Assembly: GCA_009914755.4 (NCBI GenBank)
Contig: CP086569.2
Coordinates: forward strand, 37,728,001-37,792,000
Direction: 5' to 3'
Length of the DNA: 64,000 bases
From: the human T2T-CHM13v2.0 reference genome, Homo sapiens
The translations under genes and the position numbers were made by a program. The notes under the pieces were generated by a model, which saw only the letters and a list, made by a program, of their open reading frames with translations, searched no databases and had not been told where the DNA came from. Positions 42,719-55,538 of this stretch are shown piece after piece. How positions within the stretch are numbered: the first letter of the stretch is position 1; every line of letters starts with the position of its first letter.

Positions 42719-45700
42719 GAAGGTTCTCGAAAATAATGGAATCGAATGGAATGGAATTGAATGGAACGGAATAGAGTCGAATGGAATTGAATGGAATGGA
42801 ATGGACTAGAGTGAAATGGAATCGAACCACAAGGAATGGACAGGAATAGAATGGTCTCGAATTGAATGGAACCGTATGGAATGGCATCAAACGGAATGGA
42901 ATGGACAGCCACGGAATGGAATGCACTCGAATGCAATGGAGTCGAAACTAATGGACTGGAATAGAATGGACTCGACTGGTACGGACTCCAATGGAATGGA
43001 ATCGAATGGAAGGGAATCGAACGGAATGGACTCGAAGGGAAAAGACTGCAATGGAAAGGTCTCGAATGGAATGGAAATTAATGGAATGGAATGGAATCGA
43101 ATGAAATGGAGTCAAAAGGAATGGAATCGAATGGCAAGAAATCGAATGTAATGGAATCGCAAGGAATTGATGTGAACGGAACGGAATGGAATGGAATCCA
43201 AAGGAATGGAATAGAATGGAATGGAATCGAATGGAAAGGACTCGAATGGAAATCACTCGAATAGAATGCAATTTAATAAAATAGGATCAAATGTAATGGA
43301 ATGGAATGGAAAGGAATCGAAACGAAAGGAATGGAGACAGATGGAATGGAATGGAACAGAGAGCAATGGTATAGAATGGAATGGAATCATCTGGAATGGA
43401 ATTGAATGGAATGGAATAATATGAAATGGAATGGAATGGAATGGAATGGAATGCCCTTGAATTAAATGGACTGGAATGGAATGGACTCGAACAGAGTGGA
43501 ATGGAAAGTGTTGAGATAGAATGGAATGGACTCCTTTGGAATGGTCTAGTATGCAATGCAATCGACTGTCAGGGAATCAAAAGGAATGAAATCGAATGGA
43601 TTGGACTGGAATGCAATGGACTCGAATAGATTGGAAACGGAATGCAAAGGAATGGAATGGAATAGTATGGAATGGAATGGAAAGGAATGGAGTGGAATAG
43701 ACTAGAGTGGAATGGAATGGACTGGAAAGCAATGGACTGGAATGGAACTTTCTTGGATGGACTGGAATCAAACGGAATGGAATGCAATGCAATCAAATGG
43801 CATGGAATAAAATAGAATGAAAGAGAATCAAATGGAATTGAATCGAATGGAATCGAATGGATTGTAAAGGAATAGAATGGAATGGAATGGAATTGACTCA
43901 AATGGAATGGACTAGAATGGAATGGATTCGAATGGAAGGCAAAGGAATGGAATCTATTGGAATGGACTGTAATGGAATGGAATGGAAGGGATTGGAATGG
44001 ACTCGAATGGAATGGACTGCAATAGAAAGGATTCGAATGGAATGAAAAAGAATTGAATGGAATAGAACAGAATGGAATCAAATCGAATGAAATGGAATGG
44101 AATAGAAAGGAATGGAATGAAATGGAATGGAAAGGATTCGAGTGGAATGCAATCGAATGGAATGGAATCGAACGGAATGGAATAAAATGGAAGAAAACTG
44201 GCAAGAAATGGAATCGAAATGAATGGAGTGTTATGGAACGGACTCAAAAGGAATTGAATGTAATAGAATGGAGTGGAGTGGACTCGAATATAATGGACTG
44301 GAATGGAATGAAATCACATGGAATGGGAACGAATGGAATGGAATGGAAAGGAATGGAATCGAATGGAAAGGAATCGAATGGAAGGGAATGAAATTGAATC
44401 AACAGGAATGGAAGGGAATAGAATAGACGGTAATGGAATGGACTCGAATAGAATGGACACGAATGCTCAAATTGAATGGATTCGAATGGAATGGAAACGA
44501 AAGGAATGTCATCGAATGGAATTGAATCGATTGGAATGAAATCGCATAGAATGGAGTGGAATCAAATGGAATTGAATCGAAAGGAAAGGAAGCGAATGGA
44601 CTGAAATGAAATGGAATGGAATTGAATGGAAAGTAATGCAATGGAATAGAATGGAACGAAATTTCACGGAATGGAATCAAACTGAATGGAATCAAATCAA
44701 TGGAATCTAATCAAATGGAATGGAAAGGAATTGAATGGAGTAGATTGGATTGGATGGGATTGGAATGAAATGTACTGGAAAGGACTCGAATTTCATGAAA
44801 CGGAATGGAATGAATTGGAACGGAATGGACTCGAATGGAATGGAATGTCATGGAATGGCATCGAATGGAATGGCATCAAATGGAATGGAATCGAATGCAA
44901 TGGAATGTTATGGAATGGAATGGAATGCATTGGAATGGAATGTCCTCTAATGGAATGGATTCGAGTGGAATGGAATCGAATATAATGGAGTCGAATGAAA
45001 TGGAATTGAAAGGAATGGGATCGAATAGAATGGAATATACTGGAATGTAATGTAATGAACACGAATGTAATTGACTGGAATGGAATGTACATGAATGGAA
45101 GGTAATCGAATGGAAAGTAATCCAATGGAATAGAATCTAATGCAATAAAACCGAATCAGATAGAGTAGAATGTAATGGAATGGAGTGCAGTGCAATGGAA
45201 TGGAATGGAATTGAATGCAATGGAATGGAATGGAATGGAATGGAATGGAATGGAATGGAATGGAATGGAATGGTATGGAATGGATAGTAATGGACTGGAG
45301 TGAAATGGACTGGAAAGGAATGGACTCAAATTGAAAGGGCTCGAAAGGAATGGAGTCAAATGGAATGGTCTGGAATGGAATGAACACGAATGTAATGCAA
45401 TCCAATAGAATGGAATCGAATGGCATGGAATATAAAGAAATGGAATCGAAGAGAATGGAAACAAATGGAATGGAATTGAATGGAATGGAATTGAATGGAA
45501 TGGGAACGAATGGAGTGAAATTGTATGCAGTAGAAGGGAATAGAATGGAATGCAAGCGAAAGGAAAGGAATGGATTGGAATGGAATGGAATTCATTGGAA
45601 TGGAAGGGAATGTAGTGTAATGGACAGGCCTGGAATAAAGTGGAATGCTACGGTCTCGAATGGAATAAAAATGTATGGAATGGAATGCAATGAAACGGAA

Positions 45701-46282
45701 TCGAATGTCATAGAATGTAATGGAATGCAACAAAATGGAATCCAAAATCATTGACTGGAAAGGCTGGGTGTCGAAAGGAATTGACTCCAATGGAATGGAA
45801 TCGAATGGAATAGAAGTGAATAGAATCGAACTAAATCGAATGGAATGGAATTGATAGGAACGGAATGGAAAGGAATGCAATGATTTGGCATGGAATGGAA
45901 TCGAATGGCATCGAATGGAATGGAATGGAATGCAATGGAATGGAATGTATTAGAATGTAATGAACTTTAATGGAATGTACTCGAATGGATTCGACTGGAA
46001 TGGAATGTTCTGGAAGTGAATGGACTCCAATGGAATGGATTCAAAAGGAATGGAATCGTACGGAATGGAATCTAATGGAATGGAATTAAATGGAAATGAA
46101 TCAAATTGAATAGCACGGAATTGAATTGAATGGAATGGAATGCAATGGAATCTAATGAAACGGAAAGGAAAGGAATGGAATGGAATGGAATGGGCTGGAA
46201 TGGAAAGGAATCGAAACGAATGGAATGGAATCGAACTGAAGAGACTGGAATGGAATGCACTGGAATGGAAGGGAGTGTAATG
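42719..46282 (+). repeat. HOR unit U13 (3564 bp), B-type
   Basis: Anchor at 42719 and 46283. Nearly identical to U12 and U9. Confidence 0.9.
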
Positions 46283-49200
46283 GAAGGTTCTCGAAAAAAA
46301 TGGAATGGAATGGAATGGAATTGAATGGAACGGAATAGAGTCGAATGGAATTGAATGGAATGGAATGGACTAGAGTGAAATGGAATCGAACCACAAGGAA
46401 TGGACAGGAATAGAATGGTCTCGAATTGAATGGAATCGTATGGAATGGCATCAAACGGAATGGAATGGACAGCCACGGAATGGAATGCACTCGAATGCAA
46501 TGGAGTCGAAACTAATGGACTGGAATAGAATGGACTCGACTGGTACGGACTCCAATGGAATGGAATCGAATGGAAGGGAATCGAACGGAATGGACTCGAA
46601 GGGAAAAGACTGCAATGGAAAGGTCTCGAATGGAATGGAAATTAATGGAATGGAATGGAATCGAATGAAATGGAGTCAAAAGGAATGGAATCGAATGGCA
46701 AGAAATCGAATGTAATGGAATCGCAAGGAATTGATGTGAACGGAACGGAATGGAATGGAATCCAAAGGAATGGAATAGAATGGAATGGAATCGAATGGAA
46801 AGGACTCGAATGGAAATCACTCGAATAGAATGCAATTTAATAAAATAGGATCAAATGTAATGGAATGGAATGGAAAGGAATCGAAACGAAAGGAATGGAG
46901 ACAGATGGAATGGAATGGAACAGAGAGCAATGGTATAGAATGGAATGGAATCATCTGGAATGGAATTGAATGGAATGGAATAATATGAAATGGAATGGAA
47001 TGGAATGGAATGGAATGCCCTTGAATTAAATGGACTGGAATGGAATGAACTCGAACAGAGTGGAATGGAAAGTGTTGAGATAGAATGGAATGGACTCCTT
47101 TGGAATGGTCTAGTATGCAATGCAATCGACTGTCAGGGAATCAAAAGGAATGTAATCGAATGGATTGGACTGGAATGCAATGGACTCGAATAGATTGGAA
47201 ACGGAATGCAAAGGAATGGAATGGAATAGTATGGAATGGAATGGAAAGGAATGGAGTGGAATAGACTAGAGTGGAATGGAATGGACTGGAAAGCAATGGA
47301 CTGGAATGGAACTTTCTTGGATGGACTGGAATCAAACGGAATGGAATACAATGCAATCAAATGGCATGGAATAAAATAGAATGAAAGAGAATCAAATGGA
47401 ATTGAATCGAATGGAATCGAATGGATTGTAAAGGAATAGAATGGAATGGAATGGAATTGACTCAAATGGAATGGACTAGAATGGAATGGATTCGAATGGA
47501 AGGCAAAGGAATGGAATCTATTGGAATGGACTGTAATGGAATGGAATGGAAGGGATTGGAATGGACTCGAATGGAATGGACTGCAATAGAAAGGATTCGA
47601 ATGGAATGAAAAAGAATTGAATGGAATAGAACAGAATGGAATCAAATCGAATGAAATGGAATGGAATAGAAAGGAATGGAATGAAATGGAATGGAAAGGA
47701 TTCGAATGGAATGCAATCGAATGGAATGGAATCGAACGGAATGGAATAAAATGGAAGAAAACTGGCAAGAAATGGAATCGAAATGAATGGAGTGTTATGG
47801 AACGGACTCAAAAGGAATTGAATGTAATAGAATGGAGTGGAGTGGACTCGAATATAATGGACTGGAATGGAATGAAATCACATGGAATGGGAACGAATGG
47901 AATGGAATGGAAAGGAATGGAATCGAATGGAAAGGAATCGAATGGAAGGGAATGAAATTGAATCAACAGGAATGGAAGGGAATAGAATAGACGGTAATGG
48001 AATGGACTCGAATAGAATGGACACGAATGCTCAAATTGAATGGATTCGAATGGAATGGAAACGAAAGGAATGTCATCGAATGGAATTGAATCGATTGGAA
48101 TGAAATCGCATAGAATGGAGTGGAATCAAATGGAATTGAATCGAAAGGAAAGGAAGCGAATGGACTGAAATGAAATGGAATGGAATTGAATGGAAAGTAA
48201 TGCAATGGAATAGAATGGAACGAAATTTCACGGAATGGAATCAAACTGAATGGAATCAAATCAATGGAATCTAATCAAATGGAATGGAAAGGAATTGAAT
48301 GGAGTAGATTGGATTGGATGGGATTGGAATGAAATGTACTGGAAAGGACTCGAATTTCATGAAACGGAATGGAATGAATTGGAACGGAATGGACTCGAAT
48401 GGAATGGAATGTCATGGAATGGCATCGAATGGAATGGCATCAAATGGAATGGAATCGAATGCAATGGAATGTTATGGAATGGAATGGAATGCATTGGAAT
48501 GGAATGTCCTCTAATGGAATGGATTCGAGTGGAATGGAATCGAATATAATGGAGTCGAATGAAATGGAATTGAAAGGAATGGGATCGAATAGAATGGAAT
48601 ATACTGGAATGTAATGTAATGAACACGAATGTAATTGACTGGAATGGAATGTACATGAATGGAAGGTAATCGAATGGAAAGTAATCCAATGGAATAGAAT
48701 CTAATGCAATAAAACCGAATCAGATAGAGTAGAATGTAATGGAATGGAGTGCAGTGCAATGGAATGGAATGGAATTGAATGCAATGGAATGGAATGGAAT
48801 GGAATGGAATGGAATGGAATGGAATGGTATGGAATGGATAGTAATGGACTGGAGTGAAATGGACTGGAAAGGAATGGACTCAAATTGAAAGGGCTCGAAA
48901 GGAATGGAGTCAAATGGAATGGTCTGGAATGGAATGAACACGAATGTAATGCAATCCAATAGAATGGAATCGAATGGCATGGAATATAAAGAAATGGAAT
49001 CGAAGAGAATGGAAACAAATGGAATGGAATTGAATGGAATGGAATTGAATGGAATGGGAACGAATGGAGTGAAATTGTATGCAGTAGAAGGGAATAGAAT
49101 GGAATGCAAGCGAAAGGAAAGGAATGGATTGGAATGGAATGGAATTCATTGGAATGGAAGGGAATGTAGTGTAATGGACAGGCCTGGAATAAAGTGGAAT

Positions 49201-49364
49201 GCTACGGTCTCGAATGGAATAAAAATGTATGGAATGGAATGCAATGAAACGGAATCGAATGTCATAGAATGTAATGGAATGCAACAAAATGGAATCCAAA
49301 ATCATTGACTGGAAAGGCTGGGTGTCGAAAGGAATTGACTCCAATGGAATGGAATCGAATGGAA
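46283..49364 (+). repeat. HOR unit U14, B-type, truncated at its 3' end by a deletion (about the last 470 bp is missing)
   Basis: Anchor at 46283. Homology to the other units ends at 49359 to 49369, where the sequence jumps to unit offset ~948. Confidence 0.8.
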
Positions 49365-49369
49365 TGGAA
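49359..49369 (+). other. Deletion junction removing about 1.4 kb across a unit boundary, with 11 bp of microhomology (atggaatggaa)
   Basis: The left flank matches unit offset ~3098 (compare 38700 to 38719). The right flank matches unit offset ~948 (compare 47231). The homologous ORF start spacing 48904 to 51032 is 2128 bp instead of ~3564. Confidence 0.8.
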
Positions 49370-51964
49370 TGGAAAGGAATGGAGTGGAATAGACTAGAGT
49401 GGAATGGAATGGACTGGAAAGCAATGGACTGGAATGGAACTTTCTTGGATGGACTGGAATCAAACGGAATGGAATACAATGCAATCAAATGGCATGGAAT
49501 AAAATAGAATGAAAGAGAATCAAATGGAATTGAATCGAATGGAATCGAATGGATTGTAAAGGAATAGAATGGAATGGAATGGAATTGACTCAAATGGAAT
49601 GGACTAGAATGGAATGGATTCGAATGGAAGGCAAAGGAATGGAATCTATTGGAATGGACTGTAATGGAATGGAATGGAAGGGATTGGAATGGACTCGAAT
49701 GGAATGGACTGCAATAGAAAGGATTCGAATGGAATGAAAAAGAATTGAATGGAATAGAACAGAATGGAATCAAATCGAATGAAATGGAATGGAATAGAAA
49801 GGAATGGAATGAAATGGAATGGAAAGGATTCGAATGGAATGCAATCGAATGGAATGGAATCGAACGGAATGGAATAAAATGGAAGAAAACTGGCAAGAAA
49901 TGGAATCGAAATGAATGGAGTGTTATGGAACGGACTCAAAAGGAATTGAATGTAATAGAATGGAGTGGAGTGGACTCGAATATAATGGACTGGAATGGAA
50001 TGAAATCACATGGAATGGGAACGAATGGAATGGAATGGAAAGGAATGGAATCGAATGGAAAGGAATCGAATGGAAGGGAATGAAATTGAATCAACAGGAA
50101 TGGAAGGGAATAGAATAGACGGTAATGGAATGGACTCGAATAGAATGGACACGAATGCTCAAATTGAATGGATTCGAATGGAATGGAAACGAAAGGAATG
50201 TCATCGAATGGAATTGAATCGATTGGAATGAAATCGCATAGAATGGAGTGGAATCAAATGGAATTGAATCGAAAGGAAAGGAAGCGAATGGACTGAAATG
50301 AAATGGAATGGAATTGAATGGAAAGTAATGCAATGGAATAGAATGGAACGAAATTTCACGGAATGGAATCAAACTGAATGGAATCAAATCAATGGAATCT
50401 AATCAAATGGAATGGAAAGGAATTGAATGGAGTAGATTGGATTGGATGGGATTGGAATGAAATGTACTGGAAAGGACTCGAATTTCATGAAACGGAATGG
50501 AATGAATTGGAACGGAATGGACTCGAATGGAATGGAATGTCATGGAATGGCATCGAATGGAATGGCATCAAATGGAATGGAATCGAATGCAATGGAATGT
50601 TATGGAATGGAATGGAATGCATTGGAATGGAATGTCCTCTAATGGAATGGATTCGAGTGGAATGGAATCGAATATAATGGAGTCGAATGAAATGGAATTG
50701 AAAGGAATGGGATCGAATAGAATGGAATATACTGGAATGTAATGTAATGAACACGAATGTAATTGACTGGAATGGAATGTACATGAATGGAAGGTAATCG
50801 AATGGAAAGTAATCCAATGGAATAGAATCTAATGCAATAAAACCGAATCAGATAGAGTAGAATGTAATGGAATGGAGTGCAGTGCAATGGAATGGAATGG
50901 AATTGAATGCAATGGAATGGAATGGAATGGAATGGAATGGAATGGAATGGAATGGTATGGAATGGATAGTAATGGACTGGAGTGAAATGGACTGGAAAGG
51001 AATGGACTCAAATTGAAAGGGCTCGAAAGGAATGGAGTCAAATGGAATGGTCTGGAATGGAATGAACACGAATGTAATGCAATCCAATAGAATGGAATCG
51101 AATGGCATGGAATATAAAGAAATGGAATCGAAGAGAATGGAAACAAATGGAATGGAATTGAATGGAATGGAATTGAATGGAATGGGAACGAATGGAGTGA
51201 AATTGTATGCAGTAGAAGGGAATAGAATGGAATGCAAGCGAAAGGAAAGGAATGGATTGGAATGGAATGGAATTCATTGGAATGGAAGGGAATGTAGTGT
51301 AATGGACAGGCCTGGAATAAAGTGGAATGCTACGGTCTCGAATGGAATAAAAATGTATGGAATGGAATGCAATGAAACGGAATCGAATGTCATAGAATGT
51401 AATGGAATGCAAAAAAATGGAATCCAAAATCATTGACTGGAAAGGCTGGGTGTCGAAAGGAATTGACTCCAATGGAATGGAATCGAATGGAATGGAAGTG
51501 AATAGAATCGAACTAAATCGAATGGAATGGAATTGATAGGAACGGAATGGAAAGGAATGCAATGATTTGGCATGGAATGGAATCGAATGGCATCGAATGG
51601 AATGGAATGGAATGCAATGGAATGGAATGTATTAGAATGTAATGAACTTTAATGGAATGTACTCGAATGGATTCGACTGGAATGGAATGTTCTGGAAGTG
51701 AATGGACTCCAATGGAATGGATTCAAAAGGAATGGAATCGTACGGAATGGAATCTAATGGAATGGAATTAAATGGAAATGAATCAAATTGAATAGCACGG
51801 AATTGAATTGAATGGAATGGAATGCAATGGAATCTAATGAAACGGAAAGGAAAGGAATGGAATGGAATGGAATGGGCTGGAATGGAAAGGAATCGAAACG
51901 AATGGAATGGAATCGAACTGAAGAGACTGGAATGGAATGCACTGGAATGGAAGGGAGTGTAATG
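49365..51964 (+). repeat. HOR unit U15, partial (the first ~948 bp is missing)
   Basis: The sequence after 49369 matches unit offset ~948 onward (compare 47231 onward). The next anchor is at 51965. Confidence 0.8.
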
Positions 51965-51977
51965 GAAGGTTGTCGAA
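51965..51977. promoter_or_regulatory. Mutated HSE-like anchor GAAggTTGtcGAA (central TTC changed to TTG) in subfamily-C units U16, U18 and U19 (also at 59083 and 62662)
   Basis: A single C-to-G change relative to the anchor in the other 15 units. U17 at 55539 retains TTC. Confidence 0.35.
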
Positions 51978-52257
51978 AAAAATGGAATCGAATGGAATGG
52001 AATTGAATGGAACGGAATAGAGTCGAATGGAATTGAATGGAATGGAATGGACTAGAGTGAAATGGAATCGAACCACAAGGAATGGACAGGAATAGAATGG
52101 TCTCGAATTGAATGGAATCGTATGGAATGGCATCAAACGGAATGGAATGGACAGCCACGGAATGGAATGCACTCGAATGCAATGGAGTCGAAACTAATGG
52201 ACTGGAATAGAATGGACTCGACTGGTACGGACTCCAATGGAATGGAATCGAATGGAA

Positions 52258-52287
52258 GGGAATCGAACGGAAGGGAATCGAACGGAA
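52258..52287 (+). repeat. 15-bp tandem duplication (gggaatcgaacggaa x2) diagnostic of subfamily C; repeated at 55832..55861, 59386..59415 and 62955..62984
   Basis: Units U1 to U15 have a single copy (for example ggaagggaatcgaacggaatggactcg at about 3826). The duplication extends the artefact ORF from 111 to 116 aa (…NGRESNGRESNGMDS…). Confidence 0.85.
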
Positions 52288-55200
52288 TGGACTCGAAGGG
52301 AAAAGACTGCAATGGAAAGGTCTCGAATGGAATGGAAATTAATGGAATGGAATGGAATCGAATGAAATGGAGTCAAAAGGAATGGAATCGAATGGCAAGA
52401 AATCTAATGTAATGGAATCGCCAGGAATTGATGTGAACGGAACGGAATGGAATGGAATCCAAAGGAATGGAATAGAATGGAATGGAATCGAATGGAAAGG
52501 ACTCCAATGGAAATCACTCGAATAGAATGCAATTTAATAAAATAGGATCAAATGTAATGGAATGGAATGGAAAGGAATCGAAACGAAAGGAATGGAGACA
52601 GATGGAATGGAATGGAACAGAGAGCAATGGTATAGAATGGAATGGAATCATCTGGAATGGAATTGAATGGAATGGAATAATATGAAATGGAATGGAATGG
52701 AATGGAGTGGAATGCCCTTGAATTAAATGGACTGGAATGGAATGGACTCAAACAGAGTGGAATGGAAAGTGTGGAGATAGAATGGAATGAACTCCTTTGG
52801 AATGGTGTAGTATGCAATGCAATCGACTGGCAGGGAATCAAAAGAAATGTAATCGAATGGATTGGACTGGAATGCAATGGACTCGAATAGATTGGAAACG
52901 GAATGCAAAGGAATGGAATGGAATAGTATGGAATGCAATGGAAGGGAATGGAGTGGAATAGACTAGAGTGGAATGGAATGGACTGGAAAGCAATGGACTG
53001 GAATGGAACTTTCTTGGATGGACTGGAATCAAACGGAATGGAATGCAATGCAATCAAATGGCATGGAATAAAATAGAATGAAAGAGAATCAAATGGAATT
53101 GAATCGAATGGAATCGAATGGATTGGAAATGAATAGAATGGAATGGAATGGAATTGACTCAAATGGAATGGACTAGAATGGAATGGATTCGAATGGAAGG
53201 CAAAGGAATGGAATCTATTGGAATGGACTGTAATGGAATGGAATGGAAGGGATTGGAATGGACTCGAATGGAATGGACTGCAATAGAAAGGATTCGAATG
53301 GAATGAAAAAGAATTGAATGGAATAGAACAGAATGGAATCAAATCGAATGAAATGGAATGGAATAGAAAGCAATGGAATGAAATGGAATGGAAAGGATTC
53401 GAATGGAATGCAATCGAATGGAATGGAATTGAACGGAATGGAATAAAATGGAAGAAAACTGGCAAGAAATGGAATCGAAATGAATGGAGTGTTATGGAAC
53501 GGACTCAAACGGAATTGAATGTAATAGAATGGAGTGGAGTGGACTCGAATATAATGGACTGGAATGGAATGAAATCACATGGAATGGGAACGAATGGAAT
53601 GGAATGGAAAGGAATGGAATCGAATGGAAAGGAATCGAATGGAAGGGAATGAAATTGAATCAACAGGAATGGAAGGGAATAGAATAGACTGTAATGGAAT
53701 GGACTCGAATAGAATGGACACGAATGCTCAAATTAAATGGACTCGAATGGAATGGAAACGAAAAGAATGTCATCGAATGGAATTGAATCGATTGGAATGA
53801 AATCGCATAGAATGGAGTGGAATCAAATGGAATTGAATCGAAAGGAAAGGAAGCGAATGGACTGAAATGAAATGGAATGGAATTGTATGGAAAGTAATGC
53901 AATGGAATAGAATGGAACGAAATTTCACGGAATGGAATCAAACTGAATGGAATCAAATCAATGGAATCAAATCAAATGGAATGGAAAGGAATTGAATGGA
54001 GTAGATGGGATTGGATGGGATTGGAATGAAATGTACTGGAAAGGACTCGAATTTCATGAAACGGAATGGAATGAATTGGAACGGAATGGACTCGAATGGA
54101 ATGGAATGTCATGGGATGGCATCAAATGGAATGGCATCAAATGGAATGGAATCGAATGCAATGGAATGCTGTGGAATGGAATGGAATGCATTGGAATGGA
54201 ATGTCCTCTAATGGAATGGATTCGAGTGGAATGGAATTGAATATAATGGAGTCGAATGAAATGGAATTGAAAGGAATGGGATCGAATACAATGGAATATA
54301 CTGGAATGTAACGTAATGAACTCGAATGTAATTGACTGGAATGGAATGTACATGAATGGAATGTAATCGAATGGAAAGTAATCCAATGGAATAGAATCTA
54401 ATGCAATAAAATCGACTCAGATAGAGTAGAATGTAATGGAATGGAGTGCAGTGCAATGGAATGGAATGGAATGGAATGCAATGGAATGGAATGGAATGGA
54501 ATGGAATGGAATGGAATGGGATGGAATGGTATGGAATGGATAGTAATAGACTGGAGTGAAATGGACTGGAAAGGAATGGACTCAAATTGAAAGGGCTCGA
54601 AAGGAATGGAGTCAAATGGAATGGTCTGGAATGGAATGAACACGAATGTAATGCAACCCAATAGAATGGAATCGAATGGCATGGAATATAAAGAAATGGA
54701 ATCGAAGAGAATGGAAACAAATGGAATGGAATTGAATGGAATGGAATTGAATGGAATGGGAACGAATGGAGTGAAATTGTATGCAGTAGAAGAGAATAGA
54801 ATGGAATGCAAGCGAAAGGAAAGGAATGGATTGGAATGGAATGGAATTCATTGGAATGGAAGGGAATGTAGTGTAATGGACAGGCCTGGAATAAAGTGGA
54901 ATGCTACGGTCTCGAATGGAATAAAAATGTATGGAATGGAATGCAATGAAACGGAATCGAATGTCATAGAATGTAATGGAATGCAACACAATGGAATCCA
55001 ATATCATTGACTGGAAAGGCTGGGTGTCGAAAGGAATTGACTCCAATGGAATGGAATCGAATGGAATGGAAGTGAATAGAATCGAACTAAATCGAATGGA
55101 ATGGAATTGATAGGAACGGAATGGAAAGGAATGCAATGATTTGGCATGGAATGGAATCGAATGGCATCGAATGGAATGGAATGGAATGCAATGGAATGGA

Positions 55201-55538
55201 ATGTATTAGAATGTAATGAACTTTAATGGAATGTACTCGAATGGATTCGACTGGAATGGAATGTTCTGGAAGTGAATGGACTCCAATGGAATGGATTCAA
55301 AAGGAATGGAATCGTACGGAATGGAATCTAATGGAATGGAATTAAATGGAAATGAATCAAATTGAATAGCACGGAATTGAATTGAATGGAATGGAATGCA
55401 ATGGAATCTAATGAAACGGAAAGGAAAGGAATGGAATGGAATGGAATGGGCTGGAATGGAAAGGAATCGAAACGAATGGAATGGAATCGAACTGAAGAGA
55501 CTGGAATGGAATGCACTGGAATGGAAGGGAGTGTAATG

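Larger units (their letters stand above)
51965..55538 (+). repeat. HOR unit U16 (3574 bp), subfamily C
   Basis: The anchor variant gaaggttGtcgaa is at 51965. There is a 15-bp tandem duplication at 52258..52287. Further diagnostic substitutions include aatcTaatgtaatggaatcgcCagg and gactcCaatggaaatc. Confidence 0.9.

Noticed and set aside
49300-49450. A transposable-element insertion or non-satellite island at the irregular unit
   Set aside because: The irregularity is a deletion joining two satellite segments. Both flanks are pure satellite. There are no target-site duplications, poly-A tails or terminal inverted repeats.
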